Source: Mustelus asterias (Eukaryota). From it: a stretch of 64,000 nt of DNA. Below, piece by piece: positions 52,601-64,000 of the stretch. Under the pieces are notes generated by a model. That model saw nothing but the letters and a program-made list of their open reading frames with translations. It did not search any database and had not been told where the DNA came from. Made by a program: the position numbers and the translations under genes. Positions within the stretch are counted from its first letter, which is position 1; each line of letters starts with the position of its first letter. The stretch lies in contig NC_135814.1 of assembly GCF_964213995.1 (NCBI RefSeq), positions 57,784,001 to 57,848,000 on the forward strand, read 5' to 3'.

Positions 52601-54589
52601 ACTCAAATAGGAAGGATCAGCATTGACTTTGCTGATTTCAAATCCTTTTTCTTCGTCTTTTTTTTAAAGGCTGTGGGAACGACTTCACTAAATATAAACG
52701 AAGCGCATCAAGTCAGTGCAGAATATCTTTTCAAAGAAAATAAAGCAATGGATTCGCAGGAAGGGATGAATGTAATTTAGTGCAAAAAATGGGCTCATTA
52801 ATTTCTCCACCTCACGGACGCTTGTAGATAGAATCTGCTTTCTCTGTGAAATAACGGCACATATCCTCCCTCTGATATTCGGGGGGCGGAGGGGAAGAAT
52901 TAAGACAAGATTAAAAATGCTTCCTTTGAAAATGCCATAATTCTTATTTTGCTGGTGCTCAGAATCCCGTTGACTAATTGTTTGGAGTTTTTCAATTACT
53001 CTTTGTCGAAGCATTCTGATAAGTTTATTTGAAATGTTCATTTCGTCATGGAATTGACCGGCTCTGCAGGCTTGAGGAAGATGTGGAAATATGTGCAGTG
53101 GAAGAATAAGATGAACGCTCAGTTTTCCGTAATATTACCTATTGAAAACCAAGTCACAGTTAGCCAAACTCTTCCTCTTTCCGTTCAACATCTGTGAAAT
53201 GTCCCTGAGACTTCTGTTATAATATCTAACTGCAATACATAATTTCATCAAATATCTTCCGAGAATCGGATTTCTTCGTTTTTAATTAATCACACACACA
53301 AGGCAATATTTGTACCGCACATAATGAACCGTTTATTCTAAGGTAGGTTGCAAAGTATCATTTGATTTGTGTCAAAAACGCGATTTCGCAACTTTGGGAA
53401 TGTGTGTATTGGAAATGCGTTTTGGTGGAAAATGTAAATATTTTTCTACATCTCATCTTATTGTTAAAATGGAATCAAACAAGCCCTAGTTCCAGTAGCA
53501 CAGTTATATTGCTGAATATTTATGTTTATCTCCTACGGTTTTTGATATCAATGGGGAGAATTCAATCATACACTGGAACTTTCCCACAAAGTCCAAATTT
53601 ACAGATTTCAGACAACCAAAACAAGGCCTGCAGAAAAAAATGCGGCGCTCCCTTAGTTGAGAGAATGCGGCCTTCCCCGATATCATATCTTTATTTTTTT
53701 GCCACAAATATGTTTCGATAGTTGACCATTTGGAGTCATTTGGCGAATTGGATGTAAAATACAAACTAATCCCAAAATGTGAAAATGATGCGATGCAAAA
53801 GGGCAATGGGGTAATACAAAATAGAGAATATCGCATGTACATCAAAATTAAATATCAGACATCCGCAATCTCCATACCTCCTACTTAAAGAAGCCGAATT
53901 TAAGGGAAGTAATGAATAAAATCGTCTTTTTTTTACAGATCGAATATCAGAGCGAAAAGTAAATATCGACCAGATTAATTTCCCCTCGAGCTTTTGAAGA
54001 TTTAGTATATGTAGGATTTGAGCGGAAATGAAATGGGCGTCTTAGAGTTGGTTAGAAAAAAAATGGATGATTTTTGCAATCTATTTCACATTTGTATGCA
54101 GAATCATGCATGCAGCGTCGATTTATATCTGGAATATTTATAGACTATCTTCAACGACACATGTTGATGCTAAGCAGGTCATTGCCGAGTGTCTTCGTTA
54201 TCATATCCGAAAATGCAAACAATTGTCATCACTGTGCATTGATAAAAAGCTATGATTCAGTGCCAGTTTGAAATTGTTATTTCGCAAAAGATATCCCAAA
54301 CTTTGTTTGAAATAGAAAGCATGCCGAATAGAAAATCGACTCAAAGAATATCTCATGTATGCTATACGTATAATTTACTGATCCTGCAAAGTGTACATCG
54401 TGCAAGGTATCAATAATAAATCTCAGTGAACACCGTAAGAATAGAGCCTTGGAAAGCACCTTCACGTTTTCTCTTTCCAATGCACAACAGATCAAGTAGT
54501 CAATTACAATGAATTAATTCAGGAAAAATTAAATGGTTTTAACATCGGGAAGGGATTGCAATGACTGCTGAAGCCAGCTCCAGTTGCTG

Positions 54590-54723
54590 TGTGTCACGTG
54601 GGCAGAACCGACCTATCAGGTTTCACTCGGCCAGTGCACACTCTAATCAGTGAAAATAAGCACCTCTTCTCACTCCCGGGGCTGCTTTTATAAAGCAGTA
54701 CTTAGTTTCCAGTGGGTCGTGAT
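54590..54723 (+). promoter_or_regulatory. hoxd13 proximal promoter
   Basis: E-box GTCACGTG at about 54593-54600 and TATA-like TTTATAAA at 54687-54694. Confidence 0.55.
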
Positions 54724-55411
54724 ATGACAGCTTCTTTTCTTTCAGCCCCTTGGAGGACTGATACAATCAGGTACCTACACAACAGAAACAACACAGCTAA
54801 CTCGGACATGGAAGGACTGGGAGGGAACGTCCCTTCAAATCAATGCAGGAATTTTCTGTCTCCCTCTGCATTTGGAGCTCATCACAACTCGTTATCTTCG
54901 GGTCCCGCTTACTCCGTCGGAGATCGAACGCATTCTGTCATTTCTGAATCTGCTAAGCAATGCAGCCCATGCCCAGCTCCGACAAGCCCTCCAAACCCAG
55001 CGATCAGTTACGGCTATCATTTTGGAAGCAGCTATTACAGTTGTCGTAATGTTGGCATTCAGCAAACTGGACTGAAACCTGGTGCGCATGCATCTCTAGC
55101 CGGTTACCCAGTGGACAAATACATGGACGTTTCGGGTTTGACTAATACCCCTGTCCCCCCTGACGAGGTGTCATCCAGGGCAAAAGAATTTGCATTTTAT
55201 CAGAGCTACCCCAATCCATACCAACGGGTCTCTGGTTATTTGGACGTTCCAGTTGTCCCCACAATAAGCGGCCACGGAGAGCCAAGGCATGAAGCCTTAA
55301 TTTCCATGGAGGGCTATCAGCCCTGGTCATTTGCTAATGGCTGGAACGGGCAAGTGTATTGTCCTAAAGATCAGACACAGACTCCACATTTTTGGAAATC
55401 TCCTCTCTCAG
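54724..55411 (+). CDS. hoxd13: HoxD13 exon 1 (alternative start ATG at 54808)
   Basis: [65 protein letters not shown]. Donor TCAG|GTATTA. Confidence 0.95.
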
Positions 55412-55752
55412 GTATTATGAAATAATTTTCACTGAAAAAAATTACAATTATTTTAAATTCAAAGGAAATAACATAATTCCAATTGGTTTGGTTTTTAATA
55501 TTGTCAGGAATTCGCTAGTTTTTAACAATTAATATATTTCGGATGAGTAACACCTGGAACACAGAATAACCATATGTGTGAATTAATGCGCTGGAATATG
55601 GGATTGGCCATATGACTAAATATCTCCGAGTTACTTAAAGTACGTTTCAAAACTCAAAAATGTGGGATAGGAATATTCTTTTTTTATAACATTCTTTGAA
55701 GTGCTACTGCTTTGAAGTTAAACGTTCTTCTAACTTGCATTTTCCCTCTCAG

Positions 55753-56003
55753 GAGACATGATGCACAATCAGACTGATATAAACATTTACAGGCGAGGGA
55801 GGAAAAAAAGGGTCCCTTACACGAAAACCCAGCTCAAAGAACTGGAGCGAGAGTACGCCACAAACAAATTCATAACCAAGGAAAAACGACGCAGGATATC
55901 AACAGCCACCAACCTGACCGAGAGACAAGTTACCATCTGGTTTCAGAACAGGAGAGTCAAAGAGAAGAAAGTGGTTTCCAAAGTCAAAGAAAATATACCT
56001 TGA
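55753..56003 (+). CDS. hoxd13: HoxD13 exon 2 (homeodomain)
   Basis: ctctcag|..[60 protein letters not shown]. Confidence 0.97.
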
Positions 56004-58665
56004 TACGGCAGAGATCAGTAGCCAGTATTGGCCCATTGTAAATTACATGTGATGGTTTTCCTGTTAGCAAAGGGAACCAAATGAATGTGGGAGGCGTTGA
56101 AGACACATCTTCGGATTTACAAAAAAAAATCTTAAACTGACAATTTCCACAAAATGTTTTGTGCGAATCTTTGCTTTAAAAAAAGATACTTGATCTGACT
56201 TCATTTACCACCTTCAAAGAAATAAGGCAATCTTAAAAGGGTGAGCAGCTCCACGTTCACACCCTTGTATTGTGTTACCGTGCTGGATTATTTTCACGAG
56301 TGACATTGCAAATACTGCTGCAAAGTAATGCTTCGTTCAGTTTTAAGTAAATGTTTCGAGGGTTCAGTTGAGCTACTGGAGGGTTTGCAATATACAGATA
56401 AAATGGCGACGACAACTGATAACACATTTAAACACAAACGTTGACATTAAATGGAACGTATTTATAACTTTCTTAATGCAAAGCCATCCTTATTTAACAT
56501 ATAGGTTTTCAGCCATACTTTGCAAGATGTACAATGGCTGCATTGCGAGTGGGTTCAAATGCTAATCATATATACTAGCAACAAAATCCACTCTCTTGTA
56601 AATGATTGAAAATATATTGCAAAAATACCATTTTAAATCAGTGCCAGTTAGAAATTAAATATAAGTGGGATAGTTACGGATCAACTGCGGTACAATCTCA
56701 TAAGATGTTCTATCATATTAATCGGCAGCGAATTTACAATCATTTTCATAATAAATTATTTAGCCTAGATACTGAAAGGATTTTCCTTTTATTCACTGCA
56801 GAATGTTCTATGTTGTCCTCAGTAAATGTAAACATTAAACTTAAATTCAGTCTCAAGTGAAATGCTCGTCGAATCTGAAATGTCCTTAAAAGTTATGCGT
56901 TAAAGAATGAAAATCTATGTTTCTGCATTTTGAATCTTTTGTCCCTTTAACTCTGTTATTTTCAAAAGAAACGCTAATATATTTGAAAGCCCCTTGGTCG
57001 TTTTGAATGCGGTGCCTTTTACATCTGTTTTCTCATTAGTAACTTGTTGCGCTCTATAGTTAAATTACTACATTATTGTAATCATGATAACTATACGAGT
57101 AAATTAGCGGATACGTTCGGCGTTATTTCTATGTTTTATGTACATTTTTAACGCAAGCATTTGTTCATTTTGTCCATCATTTTCTTTACCCAGGATGAGT
57201 TAAATATGAACTCGCATGGTTTTCTTTGATTTATGCCGTGTACAATATTAAAACAAATCACACTTTGACTGTCTTCAAGTTTTATCTTTCCTGTAAATGA
57301 ATCCAACATTTTTGGTTTTATCACATCGCCATATTTTCTATTAAGTTCAGCAATATTCACATTCTTGCATTTACACATGTTCATAAGTCACCAAATTACC
57401 TTGTACAGCGGAATTTTGGCGGGGCGGGGGGGGGGGGGGGTGTACAAACTTCCAAACGACATCAGCATAAAGAGGGACTACTGTATTAACAAACCATAAG
57501 AGCTGAACATGAGTGTGTTGAAATCCACCACTTTATAATAATAATGATACCTTATGTTGACATTTTTCCCTAGTATTCACTTGCTGCGCATCTTGTAAAT
57601 ATAAAATTAAACTATTTGAAACATGTGCTGTTTCCTGGTTGTTGCGCTTTGAAACAACTTACGAGTAGGGCCAAATTGAAAGCAGAAAATGGCTCGTGTG
57701 GCGAGTTCCATTTTAAATATGGTCTTAGCCACTAGAATCTGGTGGCTAAAGAAAATACCAGGTCTCACGCCATTAGCTCATTGCCTATGTAGCGGTTAAT
57801 TCAAGATGGGGGCTGTACTCATTTCACATTACAATCCCAATCATTTGTAAGGTTTCCCATGAAGGATTATTAGGTAAATAAACCGTGTGGCAGTTAGTTA
57901 TCCGAGCCAACAACTTTGAAGAGAGTCACGGCAAAATGTGTGATTTCAAACATATTGTTTGATTCTTAAACGCAATTGAACGTGTAACTAATCGAACTAA
58001 TGCTTATTTTAAATCTTAAGCTTAAAATGAATCATTTAGTGAGCAGTCTTGTAATCTCGGCGCAGATGTTTAAACACCGGTTGTATCATTCCTGTCGGCC
58101 TCGCTGTGTAAATTAAAACAAAACATGATGATGTGAATAACATGTTCGTAAGAGAGTGAATGTAGCCTTTTGAAGGAAAATTGGTGTCGGGATAAGCAAG
58201 TGAGGAGAGCCATCAGCCCCCCTGTTTAAAATAGAAATATTAAGTGATGAAGTTTAGAATTAAGCTAAGTGCGATTGGCGGCATTTATATGAGCGTGACC
58301 TTAGTAGGTGATAATTCTCCTGACCCCGGCATCTATATTTACCATCTGCTAACACTTTCTAACCATATTCCTGTGCATCGGGATAGGTTCTCTTCGTCAA
58401 CCTCAGAACGAAATTGAAACGCCTCGTGGTTTATTAAGTTAAATAAAACTTCGTATTCTGTCATATTTAACATGTGCGTGCAGATTGCCTGATTTTCTCT
58501 CCTTGAATTTGTCGGAGTTCCGTGATTTCAAGATGCATTTTTTGAAGGATGTTCAGCGATCTGACGTCAAATTTCTATTTACCATTGACCTTGACTATCG
58601 TTATGGTCTTTGACCTTGACTTTATTTAGCATCATGAATAATAAGGACTACCCTGATCGCAGAGC

Positions 58666-58685
58666 CAGTTCGCCATCTACTGGAC
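58666..58685 (-). promoter_or_regulatory. CTCF motif between hoxd13 and hoxd12
   Basis: Reverse complement GTCCAGTAGATGGCGAACTG matches core CCASYAGRKGGCR at 13/13 positions. Confidence 0.7.
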
Positions 58686-61469
58686 AATCCGCCGTAAAAC
58701 ACGATGCAACATAATCGTTAGTGCCACTGAAACGCGGGCCACAAGATGGTCGTTCGTATTTTACGCTGCAAACCAGTGTCAGAAGTACTAATTAGGCCAA
58801 CATTTGTTTCTTTCAAGATCTTAATTGAAAGGCTGCATTAGCGACTTAGGTAGCAGCATTGCGTGTTTTTCAAGAAAAGCGCGCTGAAAGTAAGTATTTC
58901 AACTCCAGCTACGTAAAGTTTGCAAATACCGGGTGTTCAATTTTGTTAATTATCTGGAGTTTAACATTTTGCATCCACTAAATTTAGTGTACCTTCCCGA
59001 GTTTGTGCAACAAGTTGTATTTTCCACATGTTAGCCAGTTTGGCGTTCACATCCCGGATGACAAAGCACCAGCCCGGCATTGATGTTATATTGTAAACAA
59101 AAGAATGAAGGTGAATTAGCCTTGCTCCTAGTTTCTGTGAAATATATAACACAGAAATTGTGCGATTGTGGTTTTCTTCAGCATATTCTTATCTAAGTTA
59201 CGATAGATACTCACAAACTGTATTGAAATTACGATGGTTTTGGAATGAGAGCTTTGAGAAAACATCACGAACAATAAAGCAGCGTTTGTCCTGGTAGCTG
59301 GAAAGTGTGGATTCTTCTCCCCATTCGCTTCCTTGGTTACAATAGTTCTAATGAAAACCTCATTTTTTTTCCTGGTAGGGTACTCATTTTCTACCTGAGG
59401 TGATTTTTCATTCGAAAGCACATTTTGCACTAAAACGAAGTTTAACAACATTTCTTTGAAAAAACATGGCGATTTGATCCCCATTCGACATTGACCTTGA
59501 ACTGAGGAGTTTCATTTTTCTGGAGTTATTCCGAGGGTGTTTTTTTGTGCATTAAGTGTTAGGTGTAGACGCGCCTTCGGTTAAGCGCCCCTTGTTCGCA
59601 ATTACGCTTCGATTTTGAAGTTTTACTAAAGAAACTGGTTCGGCTTTTTTAGGGCATCGTGAGATCATAAAAGGGACAGAGATCGACCGGTGGTTTTCCT
59701 TTCCGGTGAGGATCTGGTGGCGGTGTCTGCTTTGATTTTAAAGCACATGATTTTAACAGAAAGGGTCAATTCGTGTCAAATTGTAAATAGATAAATATAT
59801 ACATTAGCGGAAAAAAGTCAATTCTTAACTTACAGACCAAGAATTATTAATTGTGGAAATAAAAATATTTAAAATATCATATTCCTGTCGTTGATGCAAT
59901 GTTAGAAATAAAATTGTGTTGTTACCTTAGGAACTGCGCCTCAGACTGAATTATCTAAAGTCATATTTGTCCCCAGAATTAGTTACATAGTTCAACAAGG
60001 TAGACGCAATATATTTACTGCTTTATTTAATTTGGTTTGCTATCGATATATTTTGATATTATTGTTATTGTTAAATGTTAAATCAGTAGCAGCCGCCTTA
60101 ATGTTTTCATTATTGAGAAATGTGATGCATTGAGAAAAACAAATCGGCCTAAAATAAGTTGCTAATAATTCTAAAAGAGGAGCCGATGCAAAAGAGAAGT
60201 GTGTTATTTTGGCTTGGACACTAGCGTTGCAAATGTTGGTATTTACTCCACAACCTGAGTTCAACATTTTCATTCTCTAAAGATAAAATGAGGCTTCGCC
60301 GTTCTCTCATAGCGGGCAGCGTTCTTGGGAAATGTAAAACGTTGCAGTATAATGTTAAGGGAGGCCACTACCAATTTACTGGATATTACCGAAACGCGAG
60401 TATTGTAAACACAGACTCACAGCAGAATTTAACCTCAACATTTTTACTTGAAGCCGCACATTGTCAAACACAATAGGACCGTGCAATATTATTCAACTCA
60501 ATTGTGGCCGCACCAAGAACCGGCCCATTTTCCTTTCCGCCTAATAATGCATGCACATTTTAATATAATCAACTTGCTGTTTTTCTAAAAATCAAAACTG
60601 TCTTAGGTAATTGAATTCAACGGCGAGAATTAAAAAGATGTCCATTGTTTATACCACATTGGACGCTATGCTGATGTGGGGCTTTGTTCAGTTGGAAAAG
60701 TCGAATGAGTCTTATCGCGCTATATTTGGTGCGTTAGTTGATTATTCGAATGGTAAAATATGCGTTAACTGGTTAGGCGCAGAATACATTTTCTAAAATC
60801 TACAGATAATTTGCACTAATGTCCATGTGTTTAATTTTGAAACATTGTCATTGCTTATCGTCATATTCGTTGTTTATTTTAAACAAAAATAATCAGAATA
60901 AGACAATAAAAACATGGCTGGTTTAAACACAGATGACCTTCGCATAGCGATTGATATTACCTACCCGTTAATAAATAGCTAAAAATAACGGGTTAATATA
61001 TAAAACGTCTGTGGCATTTTAAACGAACGCTTTATTTTTATTCCACGCAGATGGATGATACCAGTTAAAATAAAGCATGATCGGATAAACCATACTACTA
61101 ATTTTAGCTATGAAGTTTACAGGAATTACTGATATTGATTTGATAGATTCACGAGAACGCTTGAGCATTTCGGATATTCAAAGCTTACTTATTTTTAAAA
61201 AGTCATGGGGTTAATAAAGCGTTAATCCGTTTAGGGCATGTGAAATACTCAGAGATCTGTTTAATCAGCGTGTCCAATTTATTAAATTGGAAGATGTTTT
61301 TCTGAATTGTGTATGCATCCTGTTGACTTCAGCGAATTTGCGTCGGACTAAAGAGACATTGAGTGTGATGAAGGTGCACATGGACGTGTACTTGGGCATT
61401 TCAGATGTGAGTTGAAGTGGGATGGAGGCGGTTCCAGAAAAAAAAGCTGTTTCCGCTTGTCTTGTGACC

Positions 61470-61558
61470 ACTAAGGAGCCAATCAGCGAGCGTCTTTCGT
61501 TTATCTCTGTCTGGAAGCTAAATAGGGGACAGAGAGGGTCTGATCGCGTTCCTCGGAA
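61470..61558 (+). promoter_or_regulatory. hoxd12 proximal promoter
   Basis: AGCCAATCAG (CCAAT box) at about 61477-61486 and TAAATA at about 61520, just upstream of the ATG. Confidence 0.55.
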
Positions 61559-62138
61559 ATGTGCGATCACAATCTGCTAAATTCAGGCTATGTCGGCTCC
61601 CTGTTAAATTTTACCAGTCCGGAGCCATTCTATTTCGCCAACCTGCGTCCGAATGGGACTCAACTGGCAACTCTGTCGCCAGCACTCTCCTACACCCGCA
61701 GGGAGGTGTGCTCGCTCCCGTGGACTTCGAGTCCATGCGCATCGCCGCCGCAGAGCCGCGCCTTTAGCGGCTACTCTCAATCCTACCTCAACAACTCAGT
61801 CTCCATCAGCATCAATAAGCATGGATCAGACAAGACAGCGGCCGGCGAAGAGCCTAACAAATACTACTTCCAAGACAGCAGCCGGAAACTGGAGGAGAGA
61901 TGCAGACACAATCAGTCTTATCCCAGTGATAGCAGCATCCCCTCTTCAGTCAACATCAATCCTGCCAAGTACGAATACCCAAACGTGGAAACATCTCTGC
62001 ATGGCTCGTCATTACATAACCAAGGCTTTGAATTGAATTCCAACTCTCCCACTGTAAACGATGGCATCAAGCAAAGTGTGAGCCTCAGTGTGTCATTACA
62101 GTCACCAGTAACGCCAGTGTGCAACAGATCCTCCGACG
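61559..62138 (+). CDS. hoxd12: HoxD12 exon 1
   Basis: MCDHNLLNSGYVGSLLNF...FYFANLRPNG PG12 N-terminus. Donor GACG|GTATAG, phase 1. Confidence 0.95.
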
Positions 62139-62920
62139 GTATAGTATCAGTGCAATATTCAAGCGATCATCCTTTGAAAACTGCAGTATCCCGACTTCTC
62201 AAAAGTACTACCTGTCACCCTCACCTGAATTTCATGGACTGAATATCAAACAGCGAGCCTGAAAACCTTGCGCTTATTGTATTCAGAAAAAGCGGGGAAA
62301 TGATTCTCGCAATTACAAAAAAATGATTAGGACGTGATAATAAACACAATGAAACTGAAGGCATGGCAGCGGTACATGAATGATAGGTCAAAATATTTGA
62401 AATTGAATTAAAATTAAAATGTTACATGTTGCAGTTTGGGTTCTAACTAACATTTAAATTGTGAGGGAATCGTAACTTTACTGAATTTGTCGCCATTTTA
62501 TTATGAAGCCAATTTTTCAGGGTGATTCCTTTGTTAGAATTGGCGAGTTTCTACTGCAGTGACTATAGAATATTAAGATGCTTGAATGCTGAAATAATGC
62601 ATCTGTGCCATTTGACCAGCTTGTTGGGTAAAATAATAATTTACTAGTGATGCTTTTTTTCCTAAATCATCAAGACCAAGTACCACAAATAGAGAATGCT
62701 ATATCTTTTGATCGAAGTTTCAACGTCATTTCAAAAAAGCGCAATAATATAAATCCGGCAACGTTAAAAATGTTACTGTCTGAAGGAACAACCCGTACTG
62801 AAAAAGTCAATTATTCTCGAATTGGGGGTGAAGGGGTGTGTTTGGGGGGGAGGGAGGGTGGTGGGTGGTGAAATGTTTCGATTGCTTCAGCCTTTTTTTC
62901 TTCTCTATGCCTATCAGCAG

Positions 62921-63159
62921 GTCTGCCCTGGTGTCCAACCCAAGTGAGGTCAAGGAGGAAGCGCAAGCCGTACACCAAGCAGCAAATAGCTGAACTTGAG
63001 AATGAATTTCTCGCCAACGAGTTTATCAACCGACAGAAGAGGAAAGAGTTGTCCGATAGACTGAATCTGAGCGACCAACAAGTCAAAATCTGGTTTCAAA
63101 ACCGACGCATGAAAAAGAAAAGGCTTGTAATGCGCGAACAAACGCTCTCACTTTTTTAG
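62921..63159 (+). CDS. hoxd12: HoxD12 exon 2 (homeodomain)
   Basis: cagcag|(G)[67 protein letters not shown]. Total 272 aa. AATAAA at 63716. Confidence 0.97.
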
Positions 63160-64000
63160 GCCAAAGTAAAGTTCAAATGTGAGTTTCAAGGTCGTGAATT
63201 GAACTTTTTATGGTAATTAAGCTTGCTTGCAGAAAGCATGTAGATCAAGAATATCCATTGTTTTAATGGATAGGTGCTCCTTTGATGTGCTGTCATATAA
63301 AACAGCAATCTAACATTACATCGCCACTGCCACTAGTCCATGGCGTGTTGGCTTAGTTAAACATCAGCAACATACAGGGACTGAGATGCAAACTACGGAT
63401 ACCTCGTGAACATTTGCTATAGCAGGACACTGATCGCAAGGCACAAATTTGACTTGTTGTGGCCTGTACTTTGCTGTCCGTGAATAACGTGCCGGCGTCT
63501 TCTCATCATCATGTATTAGTTTCAAAGACATTTGTAATGGTTTTGTTTCCTCATTTTTTAAAAAAAATTGCCACATGACTGTCCAGACGAGTAACAAGCA
63601 GATATTCTGCATTTTGAGAATGTAAGTACAACAGGTAATTAGAATGGAACATTCGAATTTAAATCTTAAATATATAAATATTATGCATGCACTCTACCTA
63701 TGTAAATTGAGTTCTAATAAAATGAAGGACGAAGCAATTTTTCATTTGTATGTAAAATCATGTTTTGTAAACGTGCTGTGAAGCCGGAGGCGGACAATTG
63801 ATTAATACAGAGGTGTGTGGAAATCTGATAAAGATGCATACCCATTCGGGCTATTGCATTTGCTTTCCGCTAACAATGCGGGTCCACAATAGGTGTTCGT
63901 GGTCTGTGTGAATGGGAAGGTGCTGATATTATTGACGTTCTGTGACTGCCCAGTATAGTGGGTGTTTTCAAAGCAGCAAGAACTTCGGCTTCCGAATTCA

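Noticed and set aside
54712-63159. Assignment to the HoxA cluster (evx1/hoxa13)
   Set aside because: A PG12 gene, Evx2-type N-terminus and adjacent lnpk identify HoxD.

Overview
Elasmobranch (shark-type) genomic DNA covering the 5' (posterior) end of the HoxD cluster and its flank. Minus strand: the first four exons of Lunapark (lnpk; too small for the ORF track, found by manual translation) and a complete 3-exon evx2. Plus strand: an intact 3-exon hoxd14 with a split homeobox and the WFQNQR signature, then hoxd13 and hoxd12. All reconstructed splice junctions are GT-AG and phase-consistent. The lnpk introns (about 1-29 kb) are packed with decayed CR1/L2 LINEs, HE1-type and other tRNA-derived SINEs, and Penelope-like elements (PLEs). 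Right of the lnpk promoter the DNA is nearly repeat-free except between hoxd14 and hoxd13. Points worth a second look: (1) short PLE-terminus insertions with 12-14 bp target-site duplications that form near-perfect hairpins, one related copy of which sits inside the Hox cluster with an apparently intact minimal hammerhead ribozyme; (2) same-orientation TCAAGGTCA/DR0 (NR6A1/ERR-type) motifs around hoxd14-hoxd12, beside a strong CTCF motif; (3) an ancestral PG13-type N-terminal extension on HoxD13; (4) a compact lnpk-evx2 interval. Family names come from recognition, not database searches.
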